DNA of 64,000 nt, taken from assembly GCA_035529895.1 (NCBI GenBank), contig DATKVV010000022.1:1-64000 (forward strand), in the 5' to 3' direction. The notes under the pieces are model-generated. The model ran no database searches and was not told the origin of the DNA. It was given only the letters and a program-made list of their open reading frames with translations. Numbering within the stretch: the stretch's first letter is position 1; every line of letters starts with the position of its first letter. Made by a program: the position numbers and the translations under genes. This document shows positions 6,976 to 15,276 of this stretch, one piece after another. The stretch comes from Sedimentisphaerales bacterium (GTDB lineage: Bacteria > Planctomycetota > Phycisphaerae > Sedimentisphaerales > Anaerobacaceae).

Positions 6976-8865
6976 ATGGCAAAAGACATTAACATACATC
7001 TAAAGACCACCGGGGCCGAGCAGACCAAAGAACAGCTCGACCAGACGGCGCGTTCTGCTGAGAAAATCGGCGAGTCCACACAGCAGGCGGGCAGACAGGC
7101 GGTCAAAGGCGCCGAGTGGGTCAAGAGCGCATTTAGCGCTATCGTCGGTCCTTTAGGTCTGGCGGCGCTTGCCGCCGCCGTCATTAACATCGTCCGCAAA
7201 ATACGCGCGGCGATTAACGACATGAAACAGGCTTCCTCAGAGGCCGTCAGCTCGCTGGCTGCGCTGCAGAAGGCGTCCGCCGATTACTTCGAGGCATTCG
7301 AGGCATATTCGCCCGAACAGAGGCAGGCGGCGCTTTTGCAGGCCCGGCAGTTTCAGGCAAAGACGGGACTGCCGATTGAGGCTTCACAAAAGCTGTTAGA
7401 GGCGTACAAGCGGACCTTCGGCAAATTGAATGAGGCGGCGGTCGAGCAGCTCGCGGGGTACTGGCAGTTGCACGGCCAGGAAGCGACGCTCGACCTGGTG
7501 CGATGGATGGGCGCCGAGCGAGTCACCACGCCGCAAAGACAGGGACAGATAACACGCATGGTCTCGGCGGTTGCCAGCGAGACCGGCCTCAGGGACGCGG
7601 AGATTATAAGCGCGCTGACGCGATACTCGACGGAGCTGCGCGGCCTGGGCTGGACGCCGGAAGAAACGATAATGAATATCGGCAAGGCCCTGGCGGGCAA
7701 ATCGCCGCTGGAGGCGCGCCGGGCGATGAGCTCGCTGGTGGACGGGATAAGGGCCTTCACCGAAGAAAAGGCGCTCGAGATGAAAGCGGCGGCGGAGATA
7801 GCTGCTTCAGAGAAAGAGCGGCTGGCCTGGGCGCGCCAGACAATGCTCAAGATGGAGCCGGAGGCGCGCCGCAAGTTCGCACGCCAGGCGTTCGGCGAAA
7901 CGGCTGCGCCGTATGTCACCGGGTGGCTTCTGGCTGAATATCCCGAAAAGACGCGGCGCGCGCTTGAGTACGCCCGCACACCGGATGCCGCCGAGCAGGA
8001 GCGCCAACGGGTCGAGGCCGTCAAACAAACAGCCGAAGCCGGGCGGGAAATAACCGAAGGCGGGGCCAAAAAATTGGAACTGCTCTTGGCCGAAGAAGAA
8101 AAACAGCGAGACGCGATACGGGAATACGGCAGGGTTTATCTTGAATATCTGCGCAGACGCGACCGGATACAATACGAGCTTATTAAAGCGCGTGCCGGGG
8201 ACAACGTGGAGCTGCAAAAAGAGGAGGCCGCCAAAGTATTGTTTGAGCTGAGCCGTCCGCCGCCAGCGCGTACGCGAAAAGAGCTTGCCAGCTTGGAATA
8301 CAGGCAAACCCGCGTAGAGCCGCCGGAGAAGATAGAATGGCAGGACATCCCGCTTGAAGAAAAAACAGAAGAACTGAAAAAGGCTATTAACAAGATTTAT
8401 GACCGGGAAGTGGAGAAAGAACGGCAGCGACGCGAGCAGCGGCAAAAGCAAAAAAAAGAGCCTGTCCTTGACCAGACCGCCGAAGAAGAGCCTTCACCGC
8501 CAACAGCAGCCGCCGAAACACGAGGCCCTAAGCGGATTACAAAAGAGCAGCCGCCAGCCGGAGAATTAGCGGGTCCGGAACTGCCGACCGAGACAGCGCC
8601 CACTCCGGCCAGGCGGGTAGCCGCCGAGATTCCGGAGCTGCCGACTGAGACAGCGCCCGCTCCGGCCAGGCGGGTAGCCGCCGAGATTCCGGAACCGGAG
8701 CTGCCGACTGAGACGGCGCCCGCTCTGGCCAGACAGGTAGCCGAAATTCCCGTCCTGGAGGCGCCGACGCACGTTGTGCACGTTACACATAACTATAACA
8801 ACAACCTACAATTTTTCCCTTCCGTCCATGAGGACGACAGGGGACCAAGGTTTGAGCAGGTATAA
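6976..8865 (+). CDS. Tape-measure-like or scaffold-like protein. It has a hydrophobic segment, long coiled-coil regions and a Pro/Glu-rich tandem-repeat C-terminus.
   Basis: The segment WVKSAFSAIVGPLGLAALAAAVINIV resembles tape-measure-protein N-terminal cores. Three 20-aa repeats PELPTETAP(T/A)PARRVAAEI are present. Confidence 0.4.
   Translation: MAKDINIHLKTTGAEQTKEQLDQTARSAEKIGESTQQAGRQAVKGAEWVKSAFSAIVGPLGLAALAAAVINIVRKIRAAINDMKQASSEAVSSLAALQKASADYFEAFEAYSPEQRQAALLQARQFQAKTGLPIEASQKLLEAYKRTFGKLNEAAVEQLAGYWQLHGQEATLDLVRWMGAERVTTPQRQGQITRMVSAVASETGLRDAEIISALTRYSTELRGLGWTPEETIMNIGKALAGKSPLEARRAMSSLVDGIRAFTEEKALEMKAAAEIAASEKERLAWARQTMLKMEPEARRKFARQAFGETAAPYVTGWLLAEYPEKTRRALEYARTPDAAEQERQRVEAVKQTAEAGREITEGGAKKLELLLAEEEKQRDAIREYGRVYLEYLRRRDRIQYELIKARAGDNVELQKEEAAKVLFELSRPPPARTRKELASLEYRQTRVEPPEKIEWQDIPLEEKTEELKKAINKIYDREVEKERQRREQRQKQKKEPVLDQTAEEEPSPPTAAAETRGPKRITKEQPPAGELAGPELPTETAPTPARRVAAEIPELPTETAPAPARRVAAEIPEPELPTETAPALARQVAEIPVLEAPTHVVHVTHNYNNNLQFFPSVHEDDRGPRFEQV
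8575..8755 (+). repeat. Three tandem ~60-bp in-frame repeats inside the 629-aa gene.
   Basis: ccggaactgccgaccgagacagcgcccactccggccaggcgggtagccgccgagatt recurs three times with point differences. Confidence 0.7.
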
Positions 8866-8881
8866 GAACAAAGGAGTCAAT

Positions 8882-9115
8882 ATGCAGATAGAGATAACGA
8901 ACGATTACAGAGGCCCGCTGGGGACATTCAAGCCGGGCGAGACATACGATTTTCCAAAGAAGGTGGTCCGGCGCCTTCCGACATCCTGTTATAAAGAAAT
9001 ACTTCCGCCTCAGGACGAAGGGCAAGTGCGGGTAATGGGCGGCAAAGAGACTTCCCCCAAGACTGATGTTGCGCGAGAGCCGACGTCTAATACGCCGAAA
9101 AAAACCGGACGCTAA
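8882..9115 (+). CDS. Hypothetical 78-aa protein, using the internal start MQIEITNDY.
   Basis: aaaggag SD, 7 nt before the ATG at 8882. The longer ORF from 8774 overlaps the upstream gene and lacks an SD. Confidence 0.35.
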   Translation: MQIEITNDYRGPLGTFKPGETYDFPKKVVRRLPTSCYKEILPPQDEGQVRVMGGKETSPKTDVAREPTSNTPKKTGR

Positions 9116-9214
9116 CTCAGTCAGCGGGTTGGTGATAGCACACGTGTTCGGGTCCGCGAGTCCCGAACGCGTGAAAATAATCAGGCTTATGCCTGCTGTT
9201 TATAGAGTGGTTAA

Positions 9215-10045
9215 ATGGGTTTTAACGAGATATTACAATCACATGGCGTAGTACCGAAGGTCGAGACGAAGGTCTGCGGCAAATGTCACCAGGCCAAGCC
9301 GCTCGAGGAGTTTTCTAAGAACGCAACACAATCACATGGCCGCGAAATCTACTGCAAACTCTGTAGGCGTGTATATCGACAACACCAAAAGGCCAGACAG
9401 AAGGTACATGTCAAAGAAAAGCGGTGCGGTAAATGCAGGGAAGTGAAGGGCCGCGAGCGCTTTTCAAAAGACGCGAGTACGCGAGACGGATTGCGCAGTC
9501 AATGCAAAGAGTGTGCGTCATTAAGTCACCGTCATTGGGCGGCTCACCAGGCAGTTAACGCGCCGACAGAAAAACGGTGTCGCAAATGCGGCATAGTAAA
9601 GCCGCGAGAGGAATTTCACCGGGACCCGAAACACCTCGACGGGCTGCGAAGTTATTGCATACAATGCAGGCGGTTGTTAAGTGCTGCGGATTACGCATTA
9701 CGGTCATCCAGGCAGTTCGCCGTAGCCGCCGGTCCGTCCCTGGGGACGTGGGAACAGGTCGAGCAGGCCGTAAAACAAATATCGGAATTACAGAAAATCA
9801 TAAACCACGAGCGGAGCGCCTGTCTTAAAATCGTACAGAGCGTCAAAACCGACCTGGCGGCCAAAGTAACGCGACTTCTTCTACGGCAAGTGGACCTTGA
9901 AGGACTAATCGAGCGATTCATAAAGAAGAACCGTCGAAACGGGGACCGTATCGAGCGGGTCTGTGCGCACGGGAGAATATCCTTTTTTAAGGGTCGTCTG
10001 GATGTTATACCAAACTTACCGACCCGTCTTGTTGTGGAGAGATAA
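9215..10045 (+). CDS. Basic multi-zinc-ribbon protein (cassette copy 2). It has 4 CxxC-pair repeats and a coiled-coil C-terminus.
   Basis: ORF track. Paralog of 91..888, with some stretches 100% identical at the DNA level (for example aaaatcataaaccacgagcggagcgcctgtcttaaaatcgtacag). Confidence 0.55.
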   Translation: MGFNEILQSHGVVPKVETKVCGKCHQAKPLEEFSKNATQSHGREIYCKLCRRVYRQHQKARQKVHVKEKRCGKCREVKGRERFSKDASTRDGLRSQCKECASLSHRHWAAHQAVNAPTEKRCRKCGIVKPREEFHRDPKHLDGLRSYCIQCRRLLSAADYALRSSRQFAVAAGPSLGTWEQVEQAVKQISELQKIINHERSACLKIVQSVKTDLAAKVTRLLLRQVDLEGLIERFIKKNRRNGDRIERVCAHGRISFFKGRLDVIPNLPTRLVVER

Positions 10046-10843
10046 ATGGGCAGTAAGGACATAGGCCGGAAGCAGGAGTTTTTCAACGAGCGTGCCCGCA
10101 ACGAGCGCCTTGTCGGTCCCGAAATAATCCAGCCCGGCAGGGCGGTCCGCTATCCCACTTCCGGCAACACGAAGCTGTTCGGGGTGGTAACTACCGCTGA
10201 GGGGGATGGTCTTTACATCTGCCATGAATTGGTCATAGATGCGGCGGCCTGGTCCGATACCGAAGGCGCGGTCAAATTTGTCCAGCTTAATGATACCGAG
10301 GTCACCGTCTTTAATATCGCCGAATTTGACCCTGAGTCCGAGTATGTCGCCCCGCTTGCCTTCGGCGATGTCCTGGTGGGCGTTTTTCACGGCAAAGACA
10401 ACGCGAATAATATCCGCTGGGCTGGCCTGCCTTTCCGGCGCCAGCATGGAGCGCAGATTCGGCGGGCCTTCTGCAAGGCGGCGGCCGGGGCGGCGGCAAC
10501 GATTGTCTGCTATCTCGATAAAGACGGCAGCGGCTTCGAAATTACCGTCAACTGCGACATCGTCGGCGGCTCGAAACTCAGCGAGGCTATCCCGTGTCTG
10601 GCGATTGGTACGCCGCTTGAAGTTTACAAATTGGCGGATGGTAATTGGTACACGCCTACTAAATTCCAGACCTTTGACAAAGAAAAGGGCCTGGTCATCG
10701 AGTCCGGTAAGCTCATCGTCAACATCGACGATACCAAGGGCCTTGAATTTGACGCGGGCGACCATAAACTTGCGGTGAATATCAATACTACGGAATTGCA
10801 GTTCGATAGCGGCGAAATTGAAACTAAACTTGACGCCTGTTGA
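10046..10843 (+). CDS. Tail-fibre-like structural protein (cassette copy 2).
   Basis: Paralog of 875..1690. The start abuts the upstream stop. Confidence 0.5.
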   Translation: MGSKDIGRKQEFFNERARNERLVGPEIIQPGRAVRYPTSGNTKLFGVVTTAEGDGLYICHELVIDAAAWSDTEGAVKFVQLNDTEVTVFNIAEFDPESEYVAPLAFGDVLVGVFHGKDNANNIRWAGLPFRRQHGAQIRRAFCKAAAGAAATIVCYLDKDGSGFEITVNCDIVGGSKLSEAIPCLAIGTPLEVYKLADGNWYTPTKFQTFDKEKGLVIESGKLIVNIDDTKGLEFDAGDHKLAVNINTTELQFDSGEIETKLDAC

Positions 10844-10849
10844 TAGATT

Positions 10850-11599
10850 ATGGCAAACGAAACGATTTACGGCTGTGTTGAATGGGCAACGGGCAAGGTC
10901 AAATTCACACAGGATAATTGTATTTACCGGGGCTGCATAGTCCGGGGCGGGGTTCACGACGGCCAAGTGGCCGTTACTATCAATACTCCAAATTGCAATG
11001 ATACTTATTACGGCTGCGTGAACTGGGGAACGGGCAAATTCGAAGTAAGTGTGCCGGATAATTGCTGTGCAACGACTGATTGTGAATGGTGCGAAGGCGC
11101 TCCGCCGGGGTGGATAGATGTAACTTTTACGGGCCTTAGCGATTATGGCTGCGATTGTTATTACGATGTTTATGGTTATCACAGTTATAAATCTGTTGGA
11201 ATTGATATGTATAATGGCACTTGGCGCGTTCCATATTACGGGGAATGCGCTTATCACAGATTTTCTTGGGACCCAGACCCATTACCCGTATGTTCAGAAT
11301 GTCAGGAATGGTGGACCAACCAGGACTGTTCCGGTATCTATGGCTTCAAACAACATATAAATCCATCTCTGTCGGTTTATTTAATCGAAAGTGGTGTTTA
11401 TATTCAGATGCATTCGTCGAATATAGGAGTAGCAATCTTTCAGGGCACAATAAATTATACCGGGGATGATTCTTGCGGTGATACAGAAAACTCCTGCAAT
11501 AACACCTATACTTTGCCGGGTGAGTGTTGGCAATACCCGCCCGACCCCTATGTACGTACTTTTTGCACTACTGGCAGCGCAACCGTGAGCATAGCATAA
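10850..11599 (+). CDS. Cys-rich putative receptor-binding protein (copy 2) with a divergent C-terminal half.
   Basis: Shares the N-terminal MANETIYGCVEWATGK..YYGCVNWGTGKF with copy 1. The C-terminal ~165 aa are unrelated. Confidence 0.5.
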   Translation: MANETIYGCVEWATGKVKFTQDNCIYRGCIVRGGVHDGQVAVTINTPNCNDTYYGCVNWGTGKFEVSVPDNCCATTDCEWCEGAPPGWIDVTFTGLSDYGCDCYYDVYGYHSYKSVGIDMYNGTWRVPYYGECAYHRFSWDPDPLPVCSECQEWWTNQDCSGIYGFKQHINPSLSVYLIESGVYIQMHSSNIGVAIFQGTINYTGDDSCGDTENSCNNTYTLPGECWQYPPDPYVRTFCTTGSATVSIA

Positions 11600-11614
11600 A
11601 TTTAATACTCATAA

Positions 11615-12061
11615 TTGATAATTATGATATGTAATCAAATCATCCCGCCCCAATTTACGGCGGAACAGATTAAAGAATGTTCTTGCTGTAAAATGGCCAG
11701 CGCGAGGGTTCGCTGGTGCGGACATTTCGGGGTGTGGATTCAGGAGCAAGGCAAAATCATAACGCCGCCCGAGAACATCGTTTATCCTTCGATGCTCCGA
11801 ATGGCGGGTAGTTTTGCTATGGCGGCGGCCAGGCATGTCGCGTCGGGTTTTCGGAATAGAACACCTGCCGAGCAGGCACAGTGCCGGGCGATATGCGAGG
11901 CGTGTCCCTATTACGTGCGGGATTCGAAATTAGGCCCGCGATGCCGCAAGTGCGGCTGCTGCGTGTCCCTTGCCAGACGGTGGGCAACCAAGCGATGTCC
12001 TGAAGGCAAATGGCCGATTAACGCGGGTTTAACGAGCGTTGCAACTGCGGTTAAAGCATAG
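11615..12061 (+). CDS. Small Cys-rich protein (copy 2).
   Basis: Paralog of 2449..2889. Confidence 0.5.
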   Translation: MIIMICNQIIPPQFTAEQIKECSCCKMASARVRWCGHFGVWIQEQGKIITPPENIVYPSMLRMAGSFAMAAARHVASGFRNRTPAEQAQCRAICEACPYYVRDSKLGPRCRKCGCCVSLARRWATKRCPEGKWPINAGLTSVATAVKA

Positions 12062-12091
12062 ATACAAAGTGGTAAAATGTAGGTAGTCGCA

Positions 12092-12180
12092 CACAACGCC
12101 GAGAGAAAAAGAGGCGTTTTGGCTGCGATGTTTTTATGCGCTCCACTGATTCTGTTAAGATAGGCAGGATTTTCGGCCTC
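12092..12180. repeat. Conserved ~88-bp non-coding box, copy 2.
   Basis: Matches 2901..2988. Confidence 0.6.
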
Positions 12181-12213
12181 ATCAGACAATTACCTATTTT
12201 GCCCAAATCCCAT

Positions 12214-12310
12214 CCGCCAACTCGTGTGAAAATCCGCCAACATCACTGTAAACCTACACCCGTCCGCCAACTCGTGTGAAAATCCGCCAACATCACTGTG
12301 AAACTACACC
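12214..12310. repeat. Two tandem 47-bp units (period 50 bp): ccgccaactcgtgtgaaaatccgccaacatcactgt(g)aaa(c)ctacacc.
   Basis: The tandem duplication is directly visible. Each unit contains two ccgccaa half-sites and matches the single unit at 3031..3077. Confidence 0.65.
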
Positions 12311-12421
12311 TACACTACAGGGAGTTATGTGTTGTAAAAAAATTGAAGATTTTTTTGGATTTTTGTTGCACCGTCGTGCATATTGTGTCATATTGTAACA
12401 TATTGATGAGGATGTTACATT

Positions 12422-13090
12422 ATGCAGTTAATTTCAATAGAAGATTTGGCGGTTTATTTGGGTGACTCCAAACGGACTATTTACAAGTATATTGCCAGCG
12501 GCGACTGCCCGCCGTATATCCGGATAAGCGCCAAGAATATCAAATTCGACCGGACGGATGTCGATGCCTGGCTGGAATCCAAGAAAGTAATGCCGGAGCC
12601 CAATTCAGAGTGTTGGCCGCGAGGTTCTCTGCCCTGGACGCCGCGTGCAAAGCGGGTTATGAAACTGGCGGAGGACATCAGCCGCCGATACAAGTTGGAC
12701 CGCGCGGGAACGGGGGAAATGCTGCTGGGTATCGTGGAAGTCAAAGACTGTCTCGGCGCAGGCATACTCAGAAACTTCGGCGTTGACCATCCAAAGGTCC
12801 GTGAGCTGTATGAACGGTTGTACGAGGAAACGAAGGCGGAAGTCAAAAACAAAGCGTCGGGCGAGAAGTCAAATCTTGCGAACGATGCACAAAAGGCAAT
12901 TCGATGTGCCCGTGAGCAAGCCGTACGGTGGGGCCACGAGTACGTTGGAGCAGAACACCTGCTGGTCGGTATCCTGCTTGCCGGTGAGGGACTGGGCCAC
13001 AGGATCTTGACCGAGCTTGGCATCACTCTCGATAAAGTGCGCGCGGAAACCGCAAAGCTGATTGTTTGCAGGCCCGGGCAGAAACAATAA
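12422..13090 (+). CDS. Fusion of an excisionase/AlpA-type helix-turn-helix DNA-binding domain to a Clp N-terminal (Clp_N) repeat domain.
   Basis: The N-terminal ~55 aa (DLAVYLGDSKRTIYKYIASGDCPPYIRISAKNIKFDRTDVDAWL) match the HTH_17/Xis pattern. The remainder has two ClpA/ClpC N-domain-like repeats (AKRVMKLAEDISRRY..GTGEMLLGIV and AQKAIRCAREQAVRWGHEYVGAEHLLVGILL). SD gaggatg. Confidence 0.55.
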   Translation: MQLISIEDLAVYLGDSKRTIYKYIASGDCPPYIRISAKNIKFDRTDVDAWLESKKVMPEPNSECWPRGSLPWTPRAKRVMKLAEDISRRYKLDRAGTGEMLLGIVEVKDCLGAGILRNFGVDHPKVRELYERLYEETKAEVKNKASGEKSNLANDAQKAIRCAREQAVRWGHEYVGAEHLLVGILLAGEGLGHRILTELGITLDKVRAETAKLIVCRPGQKQ

Positions 13091-13155
13091 TCCGTCGGAC
13101 CGTTTAAGAGACGAAAAGCAATGTAAGTTTGCAAACGTAAGGAAAGGAAGAAGAG

Positions 13156-13395
13156 ATGATTGGTGCTACATGCGCAAACACAGCAGGAGGGCTTGTAATT
13201 GTGCTGGTGGGCTTCGCGGCCTACGTATTCATAATTGCACTGGTTATTATCTGCCTGATCCGGGCCTCGAGATACTTTATGACAGCAGGCAAGGAACAAA
13301 AGCTGACGCGAATAGAACTGGGCAAGCTTGCTGAAGAGGTTCATCAATTGCGTCAGGATCTGAAAGGCGGCAGGGAAGATGATTCTTGCTCCTAA
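13156..13395 (+). CDS. Small membrane protein (79 aa): one TM helix followed by a charged amphipathic helix.
   Basis: Strong SD aaggaaagga. Paralog of the next ORF. Confidence 0.45.
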   Translation: MIGATCANTAGGLVIVLVGFAAYVFIIALVIICLIRASRYFMTAGKEQKLTRIELGKLAEEVHQLRQDLKGGREDDSCS

Positions 13396-13447
13396 CCAGT
13401 AGAGTGCTGTCAGAAAGAAATCAGCCCACAAAGAAAGGGGGCAGAAA

Positions 13448-13684
13448 ATGACAAGCGCGATTTTGATCCTTCGGACTTCCGGCACAACGGCAACGCTGGG
13501 CCTTCTTTTCGTTTTGGTCGTTGTGCTCCTTCTGCTTGTGGTATTTGTCATATATCTATCCCGAATCGGCAGGCAAAGGGAGAAATTTCGCCAGGAACTG
13601 GACAAGCTCGCCGATGAGCTGGAGCAGGTTCGAAAGCAGGCCGAGGGGCGCAAAAAAGACGAGCCTCCGCCTAAATCAGAGTGA
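13448..13684 (+). CDS. Small membrane protein (78 aa), paralog of 13156..13395.
   Basis: SD aaaggggg. Same TM plus ELxKLAxE(L/V)xQ(L/V)R architecture. Confidence 0.45.
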   Translation: MTSAILILRTSGTTATLGLLFVLVVVLLLLVVFVIYLSRIGRQREKFRQELDKLADELEQVRKQAEGRKKDEPPPKSE

Positions 13685-14554
13685 TGTTTTTTGCGCGGTA
13701 ACAATTCGGTCGTTGTTGTGGAAGTCCTTTTCAATTCTGACCTCACCAAAACAGTTTGTCTGTTCGAGCAGTTCCTTTATTGCCTGGCCCTGGGCATAGC
13801 CGATTTCGAGCATCAGTGCCGCGTCGGGTTTTAAGAATCGGTCAAGCTTCTCGAAAATTCTGCGGCAAATATCGAGGCCGTCTTCTCCCGCAAAAAGAGC
13901 AAGCTTAGGCTCGAAGTCTTTTACGTTTTTGTCGAGCTTTTCAAACTCGGCGGCGCTTACGTAAGGGGGGTTACAAACGACAAGATCGAATTTGCCGGCA
14001 TCGAGCTGCGGCACAACCGGGTCGAACAAATCGCCGCACAAGAGAGTGATTCGGTCTTTGAGCTGATGCTTTTCGACGTTTTGGGCGGCGATATTAAGGG
14101 CGGCGTCGCAGATATCGGTGGCGACTATGCGGGCGTCAGAAAAGTTTTTGGCTATTGCCACGGCGATGCAGCCGCAGCCGGTACACAAGTCGCAGGCAAA
14201 TTGGGCGCCCGTTCGAGTTCGCAGAAACTCTACCGCCCGCTCCACCAGCAGCTCCGTTTCCGGACGGGGAATCATACAATCAGGGGCAACCTTGAGCTCG
14301 AGGGAATAGAATTCGGTTCGGCCCGTCAGATATGCCACCGGCTCATTGTGCGCGGCCCGTTTGACCAAATCGCGCAGTCGGCCAAGCTGTTCCTCGGCGA
14401 CCGGCCTGTCGAATTGGGTGTATAACTCAATCCGCTTTAATTCGAGAACGTGGCTAAGCAGCAGTTCGGCGCTCAGCCGGGGCGAATCGATGCCCTTTTC
14501 AGTGAAATGCCGGGTAATCCAGTTTAAGAGCTTTTGTATTGTCCAGTTTTGCAT
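13676..14554 (-). CDS. prmC: Release-factor glutamine N5-methyltransferase PrmC/HemK. The start is taken at the internal MQNW; the annotated ORF extends to 14752.
   Basis: NPPY motif (VCNPPYVSAAEFE). SAM-binding motif DLCTGCGCIAVAIA. The N-terminal HemK helical domain is present. Confidence 0.8.
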   Translation of the reverse strand: MQNWTIQKLLNWITRHFTEKGIDSPRLSAELLLSHVLELKRIELYTQFDRPVAEEQLGRLRDLVKRAAHNEPVAYLTGRTEFYSLELKVAPDCMIPRPETELLVERAVEFLRTRTGAQFACDLCTGCGCIAVAIAKNFSDARIVATDICDAALNIAAQNVEKHQLKDRITLLCGDLFDPVVPQLDAGKFDLVVCNPPYVSAAEFEKLDKNVKDFEPKLALFAGEDGLDICRRIFEKLDRFLKPDAALMLEIGYAQGQAIKELLEQTNCFGEVRIEKDFHNNDRIVTAQKTSL

Positions 14555-14779
14555 TGGCAGATTATAGCCGGGGTGAAGAGAAGTGAAAAACAAAAAGGGC
14601 CTGGAGAGGCGACGGGTATGAAATTGGGTTTGATCCGGCTTCGCCAGCCCGGCTTCGTATGGGACTTCGCCGTGGCAAGCAGGCTCCGCCGCGATAAATT
14701 GGGTTTGTTTGGGTTTGTTTTCCCGGCACGTTTTTGGCGGTTTCATTTTCATAACCCTCTGTCACATAGACGGTTAGGT

Positions 14780-15262
14780 TCATATAGCTTTTCGGAAATT
14801 GGGTTTGTTTTGCATAAAAAGGCTGATTTGTAGAGGGTTCTCGACAAGTGTAGAGCGGGGATAGCAGGGAGCAGAAAATATGAAGGAGATGGACATAGGA
14901 TGGGGAGATTTGGGCATTCTGCCGGCTTTATGGTTGGCATTATTAACATGCTCCGCATTCAGGATTGAGTGTCTTAAGCTATTCAGTTTGAGGAGTATTA
15001 TACCCGATTTGGGGTCGGATGTAAAGTGAAAAGTTGTGTCAAGCATCTCATGGAACAGGGATTTCGATATGAGAACCTCTGCCATCTGAAACGTCACATA
15101 GCGGGCATGGCTTAGAAGCCTGGCTCCAATTTTGGCTAACTTTTCCCGAATGGTTGGAAGTGACCAATCTTTGATTTGCTTGGGCAACGCCAATGGTCTC
15201 AGGAAATTACCGATATTATAACGACATTTGTCATCATTAGGCACTGCAAGAGTGGTACCCAA
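14780..15262 (-). pseudogene. C-terminal fragment of an IS-family (IS4/IS1380-like DDE) transposase. No N-terminal catalytic region is present.
   Basis: Translation ..LPTIREKLAKIGARLLSHARYVTFQMAEV.ISKSLFHEMLD.. matches the characteristic C-terminal region of such transposases. Only 160 aa remain, and a stop lies upstream in frame. Confidence 0.5.
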
Positions 15263-15276
15263 TACTCAGATTGTGA

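Noticed and set aside
10016-11257. 413-aa minus-strand ORF antisense to cassette copy 2 (and a similar 201-aa one at 1019..1624 in copy 1).
   Set aside because: It is not conserved in length between the two cassette copies, whereas the sense-strand genes are. No SD. Shadow ORFs are typical of high-GC coding DNA.
12481-13749. 422-aa minus-strand ORF antisense to the HTH-Clp_N gene and the two small membrane-protein genes.
   Set aside because: The translation is low-complexity and Ser/Thr/Arg/Cys-rich with no motifs. The plus-strand genes have recognisable domains and good SDs. A GC-rich antisense frame staying open is expected.
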